Shown here: one piece after another, positions 38,553-48,678 of the stretch
How the letters are laid out: each line of letters begins with the position of its first letter
Position numbering within the stretch: the first letter of the stretch is position 1
NCBI GenBank assembly: GCA_051251855.1
Contig: JBPOGI010000001.1
Coordinates: 160,001 to 224,000, forward strand
Source of the DNA: Roseibacillus sp.
Lineage (GTDB): Bacteria; Verrucomicrobiota; Verrucomicrobiia; Verrucomicrobiales; Akkermansiaceae
Direction of reading: 5' to 3'
Length of the DNA stretch: 64,000 nucleotides
Program-made: the position numbers and the translations under genes
The notes under the pieces: generated by a model
What the model saw: only the letters and a program-made list of their open reading frames with translations
Databases searched by the model: none
What the model was told of the DNA's origin: nothing

Positions 38553-39953
38553 GTGCGTTTGTTTGATTCCATGACCCGCGATGTGCGGGAGTTGCAGCCG
38601 GTTGATGGTGAGACCTTCCGTTTTTATTGCTGTGGGCCGACGGTTTATGGGCCGGCGCATATCGGAAATTTCCGGACCTTTGTGATGAACGATGTTCTCC
38701 GCCGCGTTTTGGAGGTAGGGGGGATGAAGACGTATCACGTGAGGAATATCACGGATGTGGATGACAAGACGATTCGTGATTCGGAGGCGGCAGGCGAGAC
38801 TTTGAAGGCGTTCACGGGACGGTGGTTGGCGCAGTTTCATGAGGATTGTGAAAAGCTAAATTGCTTGCCCCCGCATCTGGAGCCGAGCGCAGTGGAGCAT
38901 ATCCCACAACAAGTCAGGATGATCGAAGATTTGATTGCGAAGGGGAATGCTTATGCGCCGGGAGATGGCTCGGTTTATTTCAAGATTTCCTCCTTTCCTG
39001 AGTATGGCAAGTTGTCTCGGCTGGATACGCGAGAGTTGGATTTGGGCAAGACCCAGGGAGAGCGTGCGGGGGACCTGGCGGATGAATACGAGAAAGATAG
39101 TATTTCGGATTTTGTGCTTTGGAAGGGGCAGCGCGATGGCGACGGCGAAAACTTTTGGGAGAGTCCTTGGGGGCCAGGTCGTCCGGGTTGGCACTTGGAG
39201 TGTTCGGCGATGATTCAGGAGTATTTGGGTGATACCTTTGATCTTCATGGTGGGGGCGAGGACTTGGCCTTTCCGCATCATGAGAATGAGATTGCGCAGA
39301 GTCAGTGTGCCTGCGGCGGTGAGTTCGCGCGTCACTGGTTCCATGGAGCTCATCTGTTAGTGAATGGGAGGAAGATGGCTAAGAGTGCGGGCACGGTGTT
39401 CACGATTGCCGACTTGGAGGGAAAGGGATTTACGGCTTCTGAGGTGCGTTACGAGTTGCTGAGCGCCTACTATCGTAAGCAAGCCAACTTTACCTTGGAG
39501 TCTCTTCACGCGAAGAAGGAGGCGCTGGGTAAGTTGGCGAAGGCGGAGGCTGAGTTGCGCAAGAAAGCGGGAGAGAGTAAGGTGCCTACCTATGAGGAGT
39601 TGCTTGGTCTCTCGTCGTTTGGAGTTTTTGCAGAGGCTTGGGCTAAGTTGCAGGACGACTTGAATACGGCGGCGGCGATTGGGCAGGTTTTCATTGGGAT
39701 TAAAACGGCGGAGACGCGTGAAGATTGGTTGGGTCTGCATGCGGTATTGGCCGCCTTGGGATTGGTTTTACCGGTGATTGAGGAGGAAGGTTCGGTTGAG
39801 GTTCCTGATGAAGTGCGTGCGCTGGCGGAAGAGCGCTGGGCGGCTCGTTCGGCGAAAGAGTGGGCGAAGTCGGACGAGCTACGTGATGCTTTGAAGGATT
39901 TGGGTTGGGTGGCGAAAGATGGGCGCGAGGGGTATACTCTGGAGAAGCTCTAA
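38553..39953 (+). CDS. cysS: Cysteine--tRNA ligase
   Basis: CGPTVY, HIGN, GRPGWHLECS, FPHHENE, KMAKS. Confidence 0.97.
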   Translation: MRLFDSMTRDVRELQPVDGETFRFYCCGPTVYGPAHIGNFRTFVMNDVLRRVLEVGGMKTYHVRNITDVDDKTIRDSEAAGETLKAFTGRWLAQFHEDCEKLNCLPPHLEPSAVEHIPQQVRMIEDLIAKGNAYAPGDGSVYFKISSFPEYGKLSRLDTRELDLGKTQGERAGDLADEYEKDSISDFVLWKGQRDGDGENFWESPWGPGRPGWHLECSAMIQEYLGDTFDLHGGGEDLAFPHHENEIAQSQCACGGEFARHWFHGAHLLVNGRKMAKSAGTVFTIADLEGKGFTASEVRYELLSAYYRKQANFTLESLHAKKEALGKLAKAEAELRKKAGESKVPTYEELLGLSSFGVFAEAWAKLQDDLNTAAAIGQVFIGIKTAETREDWLGLHAVLAALGLVLPVIEEEGSVEVPDEVRALAEERWAARSAKEWAKSDELRDALKDLGWVAKDGREGYTLEKL

Positions 39954-40018
39954 GAGTCCCCGCTCCGATAGTGTCCTTCGCTCTTGCGGGAAGGGAGAAT
40001 TTCTATGATTCTCACCCG

Positions 40019-41005
40019 ATGAGTTCATTGGATATGTTGAGCCGACCCCGTCGCAATCGGAAGTCAGCAGGGATGCGCGCGATGGTGCGAGAGACGACTC
40101 TTTCGGTCAGTGATTTGGTATTGCCGCTCTTTTTTCATGAAGACGCGGAGGATGTGGCCATTGAGTCCATGCCGGGCTGCACTCGGTGGTCGTTAGAGGG
40201 CTTAGTGAAGGAGGCGGGGGAGGCTCATGCGTTGGGGGTTCCAGCGGTGATTCTTTTTCCCAAAATTGAGGAGTCTCTGAAGACAAGTGCTTGTGAGGAG
40301 AGCTTCAACTCGAAGGGGTTGGTACCGCGTGCCATTCGGGCTTTGAAGGCGGCGCATCCGGATTTGGTGGTGATGACCGATGTGGCGCTCGATCCGTACA
40401 ATGCGGATGGTCACGACGGTTTGGTGGTGGATGGTGAGATTCTCAATGATGAGACGGTGGAAATTCTTTGCCAGCAGGCAAAGGTCCAAGCGCAGGCAGG
40501 AGCCGATATTGTGGCTCCAAGCGATATGATGGATGGTCGAGTGGCTGCGATTCGGGAGGCACTGGATGAGGTGGGCTGTCAGAAGGTGAGTATTTGCAGC
40601 TATACTGCGAAGTACGCCTCGGCGTTCTATGGGCCTTTCCGAGGGGCGCTGGATTCGGCTCCTAAGGCAGGGGATAAGAAGACGTATCAGATGGATCCGG
40701 CGAATGCGCAGGAGGCTCTGCGAGAGTTGGAGTTGGATGAATTAGAGGGTGCGGATATTGTGATGGTGAAGCCGGGTGGGCCTTATCTCGATATTGTGAA
40801 GATGGTGAGTGAGGCCACGACTCTGCCAGTCGCTGTTTATCAGGTGAGCGGGGAGTATCTGATGATTCAAGCGGCGACGGCAGGAGGGTGGCTGGACCGA
40901 GAAAAAGTGATTTTCGAAAGCCTTTTGGGTATCAAAAGGGCGGGAGCTGATTTCGTTCTGACTTACTTTGCTAAAGAGGTGGCAACTATTCTTAAGGTTA
41001 GTTAG
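40019..41005 (+). CDS. hemB: Porphobilinogen synthase
   Basis: DVALDPY, APSDMMDG, FYGPFR, YQMD, MVKP, YQVSGEY. Confidence 0.96.
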   Translation: MSSLDMLSRPRRNRKSAGMRAMVRETTLSVSDLVLPLFFHEDAEDVAIESMPGCTRWSLEGLVKEAGEAHALGVPAVILFPKIEESLKTSACEESFNSKGLVPRAIRALKAAHPDLVVMTDVALDPYNADGHDGLVVDGEILNDETVEILCQQAKVQAQAGADIVAPSDMMDGRVAAIREALDEVGCQKVSICSYTAKYASAFYGPFRGALDSAPKAGDKKTYQMDPANAQEALRELELDELEGADIVMVKPGGPYLDIVKMVSEATTLPVAVYQVSGEYLMIQAATAGGWLDREKVIFESLLGIKRAGADFVLTYFAKEVATILKVS

Positions 41006-41428
41006 ATGAATAATATTTTTACTCAAATATTTGGAGCGTCTCGGAACGTCGTGGGTGGTGCTGAGATGGTCAGCCAAGGGGTAGAACAAGTTTTTGAGAA
41101 TCGAAGGACAGAGCAGGCTGCAAATCATGCTACCTCACAGGCGAATCGGGCGACGGAGCGTTCGGTGGAGGCTGAGCTGAATGTGGAGCGCTTGCAGTTG
41201 GTAACGCAGGCGATGTGGGAATTTTTGCGGGAGGCGACGGAACTCACGGATGCGGACCTTGAAGCGAAGATTCAGGAGATTGACCTCCGGGATGGGCAAG
41301 CCGATGGTCAAATGGCCCGTCAGATCGCGATTTGTGGTCATTGCCATCGAAAAACAGGGGTTCGAACGCATCGGAGGTGTTTTTACTGTGGAACGACCCT
41401 CGAAAAGCAGCATGTGGTTGAGCTTTGA
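41006..41428 (+). CDS. Hypothetical protein with C-terminal zinc ribbon
   Basis: CGHC...CFYC; IDLRDGQADG. Confidence 0.75.
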   Translation: MNNIFTQIFGASRNVVGGAEMVSQGVEQVFENRRTEQAANHATSQANRATERSVEAELNVERLQLVTQAMWEFLREATELTDADLEAKIQEIDLRDGQADGQMARQIAICGHCHRKTGVRTHRRCFYCGTTLEKQHVVEL

Positions 41429-41578
41429 GGAGGAGAAGTGGAGCTCTCTCAAATAATGAGTCTGTTTCATCTCAATTGAGATGTTGATAAATATTTGGAA
41501 TGACTGTTGCTTCTTCTTGAAACCTCGGCGAATCGCGTCCATTTTGCGCGACCCTTCGCGGGGTTAAATTTTTTCATC

Positions 41579-43306
41579 ATGGCTGGTCCACTTTTTGTCC
41601 CTGAAAACGCTCCTTTCTCTCCTGAACAACGGGAGTGGCTTAACGACTTTTTTGCAAAGCAAATGGCTGGAGGAGGGGCTCCTGATGCTGGAGGTCCTAG
41701 TGTCCCAGTTACAATCCTTTGGGGATCTCAGACGGGTAATGCAGAGGGATGTGCTAAGCGTCTAGCAAAGGCTCTCAATGGAGGACGCTTCGAGACGGAT
41801 GTCTTTGATATCGGCAATTATGATATCGCGCAGCTCAGCAAAGAGAAGAATCTCTTGGTGATTACAAGCACCTACGGTGATGGTGAACCACCAGACAATG
41901 CGGCTGACTTTGTGGAGACCTTGTTGAGCGATTCGGCTCCGAGGATGGAGGGCGTCAAGTTCTCGGTTCTCGCGTTGGGCGATACCGAATATCCTGATTT
42001 TTGTGAGACGGGGATCGTTATCGACCGCCGATTTGGCGAATTGGGTGGCGAGCGTATCTATGACCGAGTCGATTGTGATGTTGATTACGACGAGCCTTTC
42101 GATGTCTGGAAAGCGGGTATTATCGATGTGCTCGGTGCCGGCTCTGCGGTGGCTGAGCTAGTTGATGCTCCTGCAGAGGATATTCCCTATGGTAAGAAGA
42201 AGCCTTTTCCCGCGCCCGTCCTTAACAACTACGATTTGAATAAAGAGGGCGCGTTCAAAGCAACGCATCATCTTGAGTTTTCCCTCGAAGGTTCGGATAT
42301 GGAGTATTCAGCGGGTGATGCCTTGGGAGTTCTTCCGGTGAATCCCGAGTCGGCTGTTGATGAGCTTTTGGCGGCGTTGCCTTTCAATACTTCCCGCGAC
42401 GTGCCTCTTCCAGGTGGTGGTGAGGCTCCCTTGAAGGAGGCTCTCACTTACAATTACGATATCCGCAGTCTCAATAAGAAGCTGGTGACGGCTTGGCAGG
42501 AGCGCAGTGGCTCGCCGTATCTTCGTTCTGTTGTGGAAGCGGACGATAAGAAGGTTTGGGACGACTTTTTCTGGGGGCGTGAGCTCGTTGATTTAGCCGT
42601 TGATTACCCCGCGGATTTCCGTGATGGGGAAGAGTTCGTGAGCGTGTTGAAGAAGCTTCAGCCTCGCCTCTATTCGATTTCTTCCAGTCCCAAGGCTCAT
42701 CCAGGCGAAGTTCACTTGACGGTGGCGGTGGTGACTTATGATTCTCATGGCCGCAGTCGTGGTGGGGTCTGTTCGACTTTCCTTGCCGACCGTTGTGAAG
42801 GTGTTCAGCCGGGGGTGTTTGTCCACGTGAATAAGGCTTTTCGACCACCAGCAGACGACAGTGTGCCGATGATTATGGTCGGGCCCGGAACTGGAGTTGC
42901 TCCGTTCCGTGCCTTCCTTGAAGAGCGCGAGGCAACAGGAGCGAAGGGGAAGAATTGGCTTTTCTTTGGCAATCCCTATCGCGCGACCGACTATCTCTAC
43001 GAAGAGGAATTGGCGGCCAAGCAAGAGAGCGGCGTCTTAAGCAAGCTCTCGCTCGCCTTTTCCCGTGATCAAAAGGAGAAGCTCTACGTGCAGCATTTGA
43101 TGTTGCAGGAGGGTGCCGAGCTCTGGAAGTGGCTGGACGAAGGAGCCTACTTCTTCGTCTGTGGCGATGCTTCTCGTATGGCAAAGGATGTCGATGCGGC
43201 GCTCCATCAGGTCATTCAGGATCATGGTGGTATGAGCGAGGAGGAGGCGGTCGATTACGTCAAGCAGCTCAAAAAGGACAAGCGCTACGGGCGAGACGTC
43301 TATTAA
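41579..43306 (+). CDS. Sulfite reductase flavoprotein alpha-like diflavin reductase (CysJ-like)
   Basis: GSQTGNA, TSTYGDGEPP, RLYSISS, GPGTGVAPFR, RYGRDVY. Confidence 0.88.
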   Translation: MAGPLFVPENAPFSPEQREWLNDFFAKQMAGGGAPDAGGPSVPVTILWGSQTGNAEGCAKRLAKALNGGRFETDVFDIGNYDIAQLSKEKNLLVITSTYGDGEPPDNAADFVETLLSDSAPRMEGVKFSVLALGDTEYPDFCETGIVIDRRFGELGGERIYDRVDCDVDYDEPFDVWKAGIIDVLGAGSAVAELVDAPAEDIPYGKKKPFPAPVLNNYDLNKEGAFKATHHLEFSLEGSDMEYSAGDALGVLPVNPESAVDELLAALPFNTSRDVPLPGGGEAPLKEALTYNYDIRSLNKKLVTAWQERSGSPYLRSVVEADDKKVWDDFFWGRELVDLAVDYPADFRDGEEFVSVLKKLQPRLYSISSSPKAHPGEVHLTVAVVTYDSHGRSRGGVCSTFLADRCEGVQPGVFVHVNKAFRPPADDSVPMIMVGPGTGVAPFRAFLEEREATGAKGKNWLFFGNPYRATDYLYEEELAAKQESGVLSKLSLAFSRDQKEKLYVQHLMLQEGAELWKWLDEGAYFFVCGDASRMAKDVDAALHQVIQDHGGMSEEEAVDYVKQLKKDKRYGRDVY

Positions 43307-43372
43307 GAGAGGGCTTTTGGTCTTTTGGAAGGAGTGGGGGCATTTGCGGCCTTTTTTACGGCCTGTTTTAAA

Positions 43373-43414
43373 TCGCAATCGCGTATTGCGAAAACGCCTG
43401 TCTGTCGGTAGCGT
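43373..43414 (+). promoter_or_regulatory. Candidate sigma70 promoter of cimA overlapped by a dyad
   Basis: TTGCGA-N17-TAGCGT; TCGCAAT-N5-ATTGCGA inverted repeat over the -35. Confidence 0.45.
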
Positions 43415-43441
43415 CCGCATCCCTCGAACCACCAATCGAAA

Positions 43442-45007
43442 ATGAGCAAAGCAGTTACAATCTACGATACGACCCTCCGTGATGGCACGCAGGGAGAAGG
43501 TTTTTCCTTATCGGGATTGGATAAGATTCGACTCGCTGAGCGATTGGATACCTTTGGAGTCGATTACATCGAAGGTGGATGGCCGGGCTCGAACCCGAAG
43601 GATGTTGAGTTCTTCGAGGAAGCGAAAAAACTGAAGTTAAAGCACGCTAAGATTGCGGCCTTTGGATCTACACGGCGCGCAGACCTCGCGGTAGAAGATG
43701 ACCCACAAATCAAGTTGCTCATCGATGCCGAAACGCCGGTGGTGACCATTTTTGGAAAGAGCTGGGCCCTTCATGTCACGGAGGTCATTCGCACCACGCG
43801 TGAGGAGAACTTGGCGATGATTCGGGATTCGGTTCAATATCTGACCGAAGCTGGTCGCGAGGTAGTCTACGATGCGGAGCACTTCTTTGATGGCTACAAG
43901 GATGACTCTGAGTATGCGCTGCAGACTCTGGAGGCGGCGGCTGAGGGAGGAACCCAGATGCTGGTGCTTTGTGATACCAATGGAGGAACTCTTCCGGAAG
44001 AAGTGAAAGAGATTTGCTCGGCGGTGGCCGCGAGGATTCCTTCCGTTTCGTTTGGTATCCACACTCACAACGATTGTGAGCTTGCGGTTGCCAATGCGAT
44101 TGCGGCGGTGGAAGTGGGCGCGGCTCAGGTGCAGGGAACGATTAATGGTTATGGAGAGCGCACGGGTAACTGTAATCTCACGTCGGTCATTCCTATCCTC
44201 CAGTTGAAGAAGGGCATCGAGGTGATTCCGGACCTGACGCAGATGAAGAACCTCTCGTTCTTTGTTGATGATCTTTCTAACAACCCGCATTTTCCACGCG
44301 CCCCTTTTATCGGGCGCACTGCCTTTTCTCATAAAGGAGGGATGCACGTGAATGCGGTTCAGAAGGTGGCTCATTCCTACGAGCACATTCGTCCGCAAGC
44401 GGTGGGGAATGAGCAAATCATTCTGGTGAGTGAGCTCAGCGGACAATCGAACATTCTCATTAAAGCTGAAGAGCTAGGCCTTCCTTTACAAAAAGGAAGT
44501 GCCGAAGCGAAGGCGGTCCTCACGCGCGTGAAGGAGTTGGAGAAGGAAGGTTATTCCTATGAGTCGGCGGGAGGTTCTTTGGAGCTTCTGATTCGTCGTG
44601 AGTTAGGAAGCTACGTGAAGAAGTGGAATCTCTCTGAGTATCACTGTTCTTTCCGTCAGTATCGTGATGGGCACAACCCTGTCTGCGATGGGGTGGTGAA
44701 GCTGGAAGTGAATGATAAAGCGGCCTTCTGCGTCGCGGAAGGTCATGGAGTGGTCAACGCTCTCGATAAGGCGCTTCGCGAGGCTCTTCTTCCTTTCTAT
44801 CCTGCTATCGAGAATATCCGCCTCATTGATTACAAAGTGCGTATCATTGACGGTGGGGAAGCTACGGCGGCGAAGACGCGTGTGCTGATTGTGCAGTCGG
44901 ATGGCGAGCGCTCCTGGGGCACAGTGGGTGTTTCGGACTCCATCATCGAGGCGAGTTGGATAGCTTTGACGGATGGGATTGACCTGTTTTTGCAGCGTCA
45001 CACCTAG
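43442..45007 (+). CDS. cimA: Citramalate synthase
   Basis: DTTLRDGTQGEG, EGGWPGSNPKD, YDAEHFFDG, HKGGMH, WGTVGVS. Confidence 0.92.
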   Translation: MSKAVTIYDTTLRDGTQGEGFSLSGLDKIRLAERLDTFGVDYIEGGWPGSNPKDVEFFEEAKKLKLKHAKIAAFGSTRRADLAVEDDPQIKLLIDAETPVVTIFGKSWALHVTEVIRTTREENLAMIRDSVQYLTEAGREVVYDAEHFFDGYKDDSEYALQTLEAAAEGGTQMLVLCDTNGGTLPEEVKEICSAVAARIPSVSFGIHTHNDCELAVANAIAAVEVGAAQVQGTINGYGERTGNCNLTSVIPILQLKKGIEVIPDLTQMKNLSFFVDDLSNNPHFPRAPFIGRTAFSHKGGMHVNAVQKVAHSYEHIRPQAVGNEQIILVSELSGQSNILIKAEELGLPLQKGSAEAKAVLTRVKELEKEGYSYESAGGSLELLIRRELGSYVKKWNLSEYHCSFRQYRDGHNPVCDGVVKLEVNDKAAFCVAEGHGVVNALDKALREALLPFYPAIENIRLIDYKVRIIDGGEATAAKTRVLIVQSDGERSWGTVGVSDSIIEASWIALTDGIDLFLQRHT

Positions 45008-45021
45008 GGTTTTCGAGAGCT

Positions 45022-45819
45022 ATGACCGACACCCATTGCCATCTTGCTTCGCATAAGTTTGCCGAGAGTGAGCTTCCCGAACTGGTCGCTAGAGCTAAAG
45101 AAGGGGGCGTGAATCGCATGGTGACACTAGCGACGGAGGAGGAGGATATTCCGCGTAACGTTGCCATCGCTGAAAGCTTCTCTGAGGTCTATGCCTGCGT
45201 CGGGATTCATCCCTGTGATGTGCATGAGACGCGTGATGACTTTGAAGAAATGGTGCGACCTCATCTTTCTAACAAGAGGGTGGCTGGGATAGGGGAGACG
45301 GGGTTGGATTACTATCATCCTGCGCCCGAAGGGTGGTCGGAAGAAGATTACCATGCGCGTCAGCGTGACTTTTTACGGCGTCATTTCGAACTGGCGAAGG
45401 AGTCGGGGTTGAACGTGGTGATTCACACGCGTGATAAGAGCGGGACGGCTTCGTTCGATGATGCGCTCGCGATTTATGGTGATTTTCATGAGGAGGTGCA
45501 GGCGGTGTTTCACTGTTTTCCGGGGCCCTATGAATTGGCGGAGAGGATCTTGGAAGCAGGTGGGTTGGTATCTTTTACGGGGGTGGCAACTTTTAAGAAT
45601 GCGGCGCTGTGTTTGGATTCAGCGCGGAGGGTGCCGCTCGACCGCATGATGGTGGAAACGGATTCACCCTATTTGGCTCCTGTTCCTCATCGAGGGAAAC
45701 GATGTGAGCCTTCTTACGTGGCCCAGACGGCCCAGCGGATTGCGGAAGCGCGGGCAATCACTTTGGATGAGTTGGTTGTGGGCACGGAAGCGGTTTGTGA
45801 GCGCTTTTTCCGTTTTTGA
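45022..45819 (+). CDS. tatD: TatD family hydrolase
   Basis: DTHCH, GIHP, GETGLD, HTR, ETDSPYL. Confidence 0.9.
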   Translation: MTDTHCHLASHKFAESELPELVARAKEGGVNRMVTLATEEEDIPRNVAIAESFSEVYACVGIHPCDVHETRDDFEEMVRPHLSNKRVAGIGETGLDYYHPAPEGWSEEDYHARQRDFLRRHFELAKESGLNVVIHTRDKSGTASFDDALAIYGDFHEEVQAVFHCFPGPYELAERILEAGGLVSFTGVATFKNAALCLDSARRVPLDRMMVETDSPYLAPVPHRGKRCEPSYVAQTAQRIAEARAITLDELVVGTEAVCERFFRF

Positions 45820-45863
45820 AAACGAGGCTTGAAAGAGTGAGAGGCGTTTCGTGTAAATGAGAG

Positions 45864-47366
45864 ATGCCCATTCCGCGCTCTTTGATTTCCCTGCTCTTCG
45901 CTACGGTGGGGGCTTCGTCGCTCGCTTTTTCGCAAGAGAAGCGTCCTAATATCCTTTTCATCATCGCAGATGATCAATCGCCTTATGATCTGAAGGCCTA
46001 TCGTCCGGAGTCGAAGTTAGATACGCCCACTTTGGATAAGCTTGCTGCTGAGGGCGTGGTTCTCGATCAGGCTTATCAAATGGGGTCTTGGTCAGGGGCG
46101 GTTTGCACGCCTTCGCGCACGATGGTGATGACGGGGCGCAGCGTCTGGGGGATTCCCGGTGCGGAGAAATATTTGGAAGACAAGAGTTTGGTGCCGGCTG
46201 CTATGGCTAAGCACTCGATGGCGGCTGCCTTTAATCGTGCGGGCTACGATACGATGCGCACTTGTAAGAAGGGCAATAGTTACGCGGGAGCTAACAAGGA
46301 GTTCACGGTGGTGAAGGATGCCACTAAGAGAGGAGGGACTCCGGAGACGGGGAGCACTTGGCACGGTGATCAGGTGATGAACTATTTGGAGGAGCGTGAG
46401 AAGAGTGAGGATGAGGACCCGTTTCTCATCTATTATGGCTTCTCGCATCCGCATGACGTCCGGGACGGTTTTCCTGATCTTCTGAAAAAGTATGGAGCGG
46501 TCAATCACAGGGATAGGGAGACCATTCCCGCGGCCAATCCATTGCAGCCACATCTTCCTCTCAATTATTTACCTGCGCATCCGTTTTCCCATGGTCATCC
46601 CGGTTTACGCGATGAGGTGAAGGTGCCCGGCGTCTGGGAGCGGCGTGATGAGCAGACCATTCGCAATGAACTGGGTCGTGAGTTTGCTTGCAGTGAATTG
46701 ATTGATCAGCAAATTGCCCGCGTCTTAGAAAAATTAGAAGCGATGGGCGAGCTCGACAATACCTACATCATCTACACCGCCGATCACGGGATGGCGATTG
46801 GTCGTCATGGTTTGCAAGGGAAGCAGAATCTCTATGAGCATACTTGGCGTGTCCCTTTCATTGTAAAGGGGCCTGGAATTCCTGCTGGCAAGCGGTTGAA
46901 GGGGAATACCTACCTAATGGATGTGCTGCCGACTCTCTGTGACTTGGCTGGTTTTGCGCCTCCGGAAGGGGTGAACGGGAAGAGTATGAAGCCTGTTTTG
47001 GAAGGAAAGCAGGAGACCTTGAGAGATGTTCTTTACGGCGTCTACTGCGGAGGCACGAAGCCAGGAATGCGCAGTGTGAGAAAAGGGGATTGGAAGCTGA
47101 TTCAATATGACGTCCTCGACGGCGAGGTGCAGGAGAAGCAATTGTTTAATTTGGCTGAGAATCCTTTGGAGTATATTGCCGAGCATGAGAAGGGCGGGAT
47201 GAAGACCAACCTTGCCGAGAATCCAAAGTTTGCGGAGAAGCAGGCTGAGATGGAGGCTCTGTTGCTGGCCCAGATGCGCGAAAACAACGATCCTTACCGG
47301 TTGTGGGATCAGCCGCAGGAGGAAATTTCGTTGCCTGTTAAGGGGAAAGCAAAGAAGGGGAAGTAG
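45864..47366 (+). CDS. Secreted formylglycine-dependent sulfatase
   Basis: RPNILFIIADD, CTPSR signature, ADHG, GKQNLYE. Confidence 0.92.
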   Translation: MPIPRSLISLLFATVGASSLAFSQEKRPNILFIIADDQSPYDLKAYRPESKLDTPTLDKLAAEGVVLDQAYQMGSWSGAVCTPSRTMVMTGRSVWGIPGAEKYLEDKSLVPAAMAKHSMAAAFNRAGYDTMRTCKKGNSYAGANKEFTVVKDATKRGGTPETGSTWHGDQVMNYLEEREKSEDEDPFLIYYGFSHPHDVRDGFPDLLKKYGAVNHRDRETIPAANPLQPHLPLNYLPAHPFSHGHPGLRDEVKVPGVWERRDEQTIRNELGREFACSELIDQQIARVLEKLEAMGELDNTYIIYTADHGMAIGRHGLQGKQNLYEHTWRVPFIVKGPGIPAGKRLKGNTYLMDVLPTLCDLAGFAPPEGVNGKSMKPVLEGKQETLRDVLYGVYCGGTKPGMRSVRKGDWKLIQYDVLDGEVQEKQLFNLAENPLEYIAEHEKGGMKTNLAENPKFAEKQAEMEALLLAQMRENNDPYRLWDQPQEEISLPVKGKAKKGK

Positions 47367-47431
47367 GTGGGGTCCTTCTGCCAGCAAAATAGGTTGTCAG
47401 AGAGTACTTACTCGCTATGATTTCGGAAATT

Positions 47432-47749
47432 ATGGCAAACGCGACAAATGTGCTAGCTCAGGGGATCGAAATCACAGGTTCTATCAAGTTCTCCAACGAT
47501 ATGATCATCGACGGTAAGGTTGATGGTCAAATTGAGTCCGAAAAGGGCAAGGTTACCATTGGTGAAAATGCTCAAATCAAAGGTGATGTGAAGGCCGGTG
47601 AGGTTAAGATGTATGGTAAAGTGGAAGGAACGATCGAGTCTGGTCGTTGCGAGCTAAAGCCGAAGTCTGAGTTGAAGGGCGACATCAAGACGAAGTCACT
47701 TTCGATGGAAGAAGGCGCGATTCTTTCGGGAAGCACCCAGATTGGTTAA
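47432..47749 (+). CDS. Bactofilin / polymer-forming cytoskeletal protein
   Basis: IDGKVDGQI, IGENAQIKGDV, LSMEEGA beta-helix repeats. Confidence 0.9.
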   Translation: MANATNVLAQGIEITGSIKFSNDMIIDGKVDGQIESEKGKVTIGENAQIKGDVKAGEVKMYGKVEGTIESGRCELKPKSELKGDIKTKSLSMEEGAILSGSTQIG

Positions 47750-47777
47750 GGGTCGATTTTACGACGATTTTTGAGAG

Positions 47778-47803
47778 AGCCGGACGTGAGGTCCGGCTTT
47801 TTT
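47778..47803 (+). terminator. Rho-independent terminator
   Basis: AGCCGGAC-GTGAG-GTCCGGCT followed by T-run. Confidence 0.8.
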
Positions 47804-47859
47804 GTGGGGAGATGTGGAGGTATTTGGCTTTTTAAGCTGCTGGGGTTGATGTCGCTCAC

Positions 47860-48030
47860 AGGAGGCCGGATGAGTCACATCGGAGTAGTCGATTCGAGAA
47901 CCTACGGGCTTACCCTCAACTCTGTAGGTTTTCAGGTAGCGGCTTGGAGAGACCGCGCTCCCGATTCTCTGAGCCCGATACGACAACATGGCTTTACACA
48001 GTGCCATTCGACTGAAGTTGCTCCTCCTAT
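47860..48030 (+). ncRNA. Candidate structured ncRNA (6S-like or unknown)
   Basis: Ends pair (AGGAGG/CCTCCT, AGTCGA/TCGACT); several internal helices; lies in a gap between convergent genes. Confidence 0.4.
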
Positions 48031-48066
48031 CTGGTGGAACGTGTTTTCCCTCCCTTGAAAACCCTG

Positions 48067-48678
48067 TTACTTGGCGCTTGCGGGTTTTACCTCCTCGGAA
48101 GGGCTGATCTTGTCGCTCCAAAGGGACTTACCGCGGCGTTCTTCCTTCGGAAAGCTGGCGCGGTGGGCGCTGTTGAGTCCGAAGTAAAAGGCGAAAAGGG
48201 CAACAAGAGCGCAGGCAAGAAAGATGGCGAAGTCTCGGCCGGAGGTGTCCTTGTTGACAATAGGAGTGGGAGTTACAGGGCGTGGAGGAGCCGAAGACTT
48301 GGCTGCAGGTGCTGCGGCTTTCTTCTTTTTCTTCTTCTTCTGTTGGGATTTAAATTTTTCCTCGGAGAGTTCTTCCTGCTCTTCTTCGGTAAGCTGGTAG
48401 TTGAAGAGAACGTCGCCCACTTCGGCATCGAGGCCATCCTTGAGGTCGATGACTTCCATTTCATTTTCCTCGAGATGGATTCCGTTGGTGGAATCGCAAT
48501 CGGCAAGAATGAATCCGCCCTTGGCGCGCCTCATTTCGCAGTGATGGGAGGAAACCGAACCGTGCTCGACTACGACATCATTCGCCGCAGAGCGCCCGAT
48601 GGTCACCACCTCGGTGTCGAGGGGGAAGCGATAGGGCTGAGGGGTGGCGTTAGGAATGGTGAGGCAGATGCGTGGCAT
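48067..48678 (-). CDS. FHA domain membrane protein
   Basis: TIGR, VSSHH, STNG; Lys-rich linker and C-terminal TM. Confidence 0.88.
   Translation of the reverse strand: MPRICLTIPNATPQPYRFPLDTEVVTIGRSAANDVVVEHGSVSSHHCEMRRAKGGFILADCDSTNGIHLEENEMEVIDLKDGLDAEVGDVLFNYQLTEEEQEELSEEKFKSQQKKKKKKKAAAPAAKSSAPPRPVTPTPIVNKDTSGRDFAIFLACALVALFAFYFGLNSAHRASFPKEERRGKSLWSDKISPSEEVKPASAK

Noticed and set aside
48030..48040. TGGTGGAAC as a tRNA/tmRNA CCA end on the minus strand
   Set aside because: No T-arm or acceptor stem adjoins it; the upstream sequence is FHA coding DNA.
47759..48121. ORFs 47759-48121 (-) and 47771-48058 (+)
   Set aside because: They overlap a terminator or the FHA gene and have no recognisable motifs; the region is better explained as structured non-coding sequence.
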